Assembly: GCA_965248535.1 (NCBI GenBank) | Contig: CBDFJR010000005.1 | Location: forward strand, 2,048,001-2,112,000 | Direction of reading: 5' to 3' | From: Phormidesmis sp. | GTDB lineage: Bacteria > Cyanobacteriota > Cyanobacteriia > Leptolyngbyales > Leptolyngbyaceae | DNA length: 64,000 bases | Part shown: one piece after another, positions 59,916-64,000 of the stretch | Numbering within the stretch: position 1 is the stretch's first letter | How the letters are laid out: each line of letters opens with the position of its first letter | Made by a program: the position numbers and the translations under genes | The notes under the pieces: model-generated | The model's database searches: none | Seen by the model: only the letters and a program-made list of their open reading frames with translations | What the model was told of the DNA's origin: nothing

Positions 59916-62900
59916 ATGACGAATTCCCCTGAGCCAGTTAGCCCCCCTCCTAGCCCGCCCAGACGACGATCGCTGCTCTCTCGCATTGCCCTGCCGCTAG
60001 GGGTTGCTTCGGTGGTGGGCATTGGGGCTGGAGTCTGGTTTGCCAATCGTTTCGTCAATCAGCAGTTAGCGCCCCTCGTGCAAACTAACCTGACGCAACT
60101 GCTCGATCGTCCGGTGGAGTTAGGCAAGGTTGAACGCTATTCGCTCAACAGTTTGCGGTTTGGCAAAAGTGGCATTCCGGCGACAGCAACAGACCCCGAT
60201 CGGGCAACCGTCGAGGCGGTTGAGGTGGGCTTTGATCCTCTTCAGCTTTTGCTCAGTCGCACGCTCAAAGCTAGATGTGACGCTGATTAAACCCAGCGCC
60301 TATATCGAGCAAGATAAAAATGGGGTCTGGGTTTCCACGGCGATTAAAGAGCAAGAAGACACCGGATGGCTCAAAACTCAGTTGGATGTGCTGCGGCTGC
60401 GCGATGCCGACGTTGCCTTATCTCCGGCTCCTAAGCAAGGCAACAAACGGACGCTGATCACCCTCAAAGACGTAGCTGGAGAAGTCAGACCCACCGATCT
60501 CAATCGGCGCTTTGCCTATCAAGCTAGCGGAGTTTCGACCAACGAGGGCAGTTTTAATCTCAAAGGTGAAACGCTCCGCACCGAAAAACTGCAATCGAAT
60601 TTGCAGATTCAAGGACAGAATTTTCTCGTCTCGGAGATCGATCGCTTAGTCAAGCTGCCGATCGATCTCGAAAAAGGTCGCGTGAATGGGAACGTCAACG
60701 TTAAACTAAACGGCGATGAGACTCCGCTAGTTACGGGAACGGCAGACTTTAAAGACGTGACGATGAAAGTGGCGCAATTGCCACAGGTCTTCACAGGCGC
60801 TACGGGAAACCTCCAGCTAGACGGCACGAAAATTACCTTAGAAAAAGTGACGGCGGCTCTGGGCAAAATCCCGATCGTGGCCAACGGCACAGTGGATACC
60901 AAAAAGGGCTTTGATGTCGCTGCCCAGGTCAAAGCCGTTAAAGTTGAAGATTTTCTCAAAACTTTTGCGATTCAGCTGCCGTTTCCTGCGTCGGGTGAAG
61001 TGCGGGCAACCACTAAACTGACGGGGACGATCGACAAACCCATTCTGACCGGAACGGCAAAAAATACAAAAGTTGCCCGACTCGATCGCGTCGATCTAAG
61101 CACCGCTAGCGCCGACTTCAAACTCGATGCTAGTGCGCTGAAGCTAGCAGTCACTAACATTCAGGCAACGCCCACAGACGGCGGGCAAGTGGTCGGTGAC
61201 GGACAAATTAATCTCAATGAACCCCAGTCGCTGGACTTTAAGTTTCAAGCGACTAACCTGGCTGGAGATGCGATCGCTCGTCTCTACAACAACGGCACCG
61301 CGCCGCCCGTCACTGTTGGACGGGTCAACGCCCAAGCCCGGATTTCTGGAGCGATCGAGACTATCCAAACTGTCGCCCAGTTTCAAGCCCCCGCAGCCAC
61401 CTATCCCACCACGGGAGAAGTGGCGATCGTGGGCAGCAACGCCGTTTTGAGAAACGTGGTAGCTCAAGTTGCCGGAGGCACCGTAATAGCCAATGCCCGC
61501 AGCGTCGGCGATCGCTGGCAAGGCACCGTGCAGGCAGCCGGAATTCAGGCTAGCCGATTTGCCTCCCAGGTGCAAGGTTTGGTCAGCGGCACCTTTAATC
61601 TATCGGGCACGACAAATTCGTTTCAGCTAGCCGATATTCGGGCGATCGGGCAAGCCCAACTCACCCAAGGCAACGGCATCGTCAACGCTCAAATCGCCTC
61701 AAATGCGGGTCGTTGGCAAGCGCAAGTCAAGGGAGATGGCGTGCAGCTCGATCGCTTTTCCCCCGATCTGCGGGGCTTGTTGAGTGGCAATGTGGCTCTG
61801 GCTGGCTCGGTCAACTCCCTTACGCCGTCTGCGGTGAGAGCCGACGGACAGGTGCGCTTGTCAGAAGGCATCTCGCTGATCACCCAGCCGATCGTGGCTC
61901 AGATTCAGTGGGATGGGCAAAAAATCAATCTTCAGCGCGCCACGGCTCCCGGTTTTAGCGCCAACGGCTCGATTTTGGCTAACCTAGACGGCACGCCTCA
62001 AATCACCGGACTCGATCTCAACATCAAAACTACCGATTATGCCCTCGCTGACTTGCCGATTCCCCGTCCTTCGGTGACTGATTTAACGGGTCGCGTCGAT
62101 TTAGTTGGCAGAGTTACAGGCACCCCAGCGGCTCCGAATGTAGTTGGCGATGTGACGGTGAGAAGGCTGTCTCTAAATGGCATTGGGTTCAAGCCAGTGC
62201 TGAGGGGCAATTTGCGGCTAGTGCCCACTCAGGGGGTTAGTCTCAACGTGGCGGGAGGGGGCGATCGCATCGCCCTAGCCCTCAATCCCAATTACAAGCC
62301 CATCTCTCTAGATGTGAAACGAGGCGACGCAACCGTGATCGGCACCGCACGAGGCAATATTTTTAGCGTGGCTGTAAAGCAGTTGCCGCTAGATGGCTTG
62401 ACTATTCCGGGGGTGGCCTTGGCGCGGTTTGGCAAGCTGGGCGGTCAACTGACGGGCAATTTGAACATCGACACCGATCGCCTCCAGGTGATAGACGGCG
62501 CGTTAGCGGTTGCCAATCCCCACGTTGGCGCGTTTCAGGGAGAACAGGTTCAAACCCGATTTGTGAACAATGGCAATGTGATTCGCTTTGCGGAAACGAC
62601 GTTGCAGAAAGGCACCAGTCGCTATACGCTGGCAGGGAATTTAGATCTGCGATCTAGCCCTCGCTTTGAAGGCAAAGTGGCGATCGCCCAAGGCAACCTT
62701 GAAGACGTTCTCAAAACCCTGCAAGTGTTCCGGCTAGAAGATTTTTCGCGGGTGCTGGAGGCTCCAACTTATGGAAAGGCGAGCGATGTAGACCCGATCG
62801 CCGTCGGGCTGCCCCAAGCGCCGCTTTTAGATCAACTGCGCCGCTTTTCTGAAATCAATGCGCTGCTGCGTCGGGTGGGCAATCAACGCCAAAACCTGAC

Positions 62901-64000
62901 GATTCCAGAATTAGCCGACGTGCGCGGACTCTTTGACGGCACCATCAGCGTTGCGGCCTCGCTGCAAACCGGGATCAAAGCCGACTTTGACTTGCAGGCG
63001 CAAAACGTCGAATGGCGACCTTATCCTGCCTTTGCAGAGGTTTCTCAAAATCAGGTGACGCAAAACCCCAATCGAGTCTTGCGCGCCGAACAGGTGATTG
63101 CCAGAGGCAGCTTTGCCGACGGCGTGGTTAATCTGCTGCCGTTGCGCCTCCAGTCAGGTCAGTCGTTCATCAATTTTTCGGGCAATGTGGGCGGCGCTAA
63201 CCAATCGGGGCAGCTACAAGTCGCTAACGTCCCGATCGAAGACCTGAATAATTTCTATCCACTGCCCTTGGGGGTGAGCGGCAAACTCAACGCTACCGCC
63301 ACGCTGTCAGGCACTCGTGATAACCCGTTTGCGATCGGGGAAGTCACCCTCGCAGACGGCAATCTCAACAACACCCCCATCCAATCGGCGACGGGCAGCT
63401 TTAATTATTCCAACGCTCGGCTCAATTTTGGCAGCGCTATTAGGATTTCCAGTCCTGAGCCGCTCCTCATCGCGGGTGACATTCCCCTCAAGCTGCCCTT
63501 CTCGTCGGTTTTTCCTGACAGCAATCAGATCAACTTGAGCCTGGATGTCAAAAACGAAGGGCTAGCGCTGTTAAATCTGCTAACTCCCCAAATCGCGTGG
63601 CAGGGCGGCACCGGAGAGGTGAAGCTGCAAGTCAACGGCACGTTGTTGCAGCCTAACGTTACGGGGTCAGTCACCGTCGCCAACGCCAAAATAGCTGCTC
63701 AAGCCCTGCCAGAACCTTTGACAGGCGTGAATGGTACGATTCGATTTTTGAGCGATCGCATCCAAGTCGAGTCGCTGCAAGGTCAGTTTAGCAAGGGGCA
63801 AGTCGTGGCCAAAGGCGTGTTGCCGATCTTCTCGACCCTAGAAGCCAACGACCCTGATCTCGCCAAACCGCTAGCTGTGTCGCTCAACCAGATTGCCCTT
63901 AACTTTAAAGGCATCTATCAAGGAGGGGTTAACGGCAATGTCACGATCGCTGGAACCGCCCTCACTCCCCAAGTGGGCGGTGAGATTCGCTTGACCGATG
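59916..64000 (+). CDS. tamB: TamB/AsmA-like large protein, frameshift at ~60268, runs off the window
   Basis: N-terminal TM helix and LDRPVELGKV; continues in frame 1 from 60271 (LDVTLIKP...) as Gly-rich beta repeats and is still in that frame at the window end. Confidence 0.8.

Larger units (their letters stand above)
1..64000. repeat. HIP1 octamer GCGATCGC dispersed across the window
   Basis: Many copies, e.g. 41-48, 448-455, 32484-32491, 34533-34540, 39271-39278; hallmark of cyanobacterial DNA. Confidence 0.95.

Noticed and set aside
60418..63538. Short ORFs within tamB
   Set aside because: Alternative-frame or antisense shadows of the long frame-1 reading.

Overview
Cyanobacterial chromosome segment (dense HIP1 GCGATCGC, chlH, cyAbrB2, hli, four Uma2 genes). 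Housekeeping content includes bioA/birA, cobK/cobN/cobB, DAHP synthase, chlH, a ClC channel, an HtrA protease, mtnP, an M20 amidohydrolase, two ArnT-like glycosyltransferases, tRNA-Pro and tamB. Two features stand out. (1) A complete eight-gene N-methylglutamate (methylamine utilisation) cluster, mgdABCD-gmaS-mgsABC, with a divergent XRE-cupin regulator (29.5-39.6 kb); this pathway is characterised mainly in proteobacteria. (2) A tandem 102-bp TPR array at the window start whose variation is concentrated in ligand-face codons, mostly NNT, followed by a DUF433/PIN toxin-antitoxin pair bracketed by a duplicated copy of the TPR gene end. Other observations: an attI-like site next to a nested IS1/MITE/IS110 pile-up, a 27-bp element inserted in frame into a HIP1 site of an atypical Hsp70, two candidate sRNA regions, an unannotated 36-aa membrane ORF, and several single-base frameshifts that may be sequencing errors. 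All family calls come from motif recognition by eye; no searches were run.
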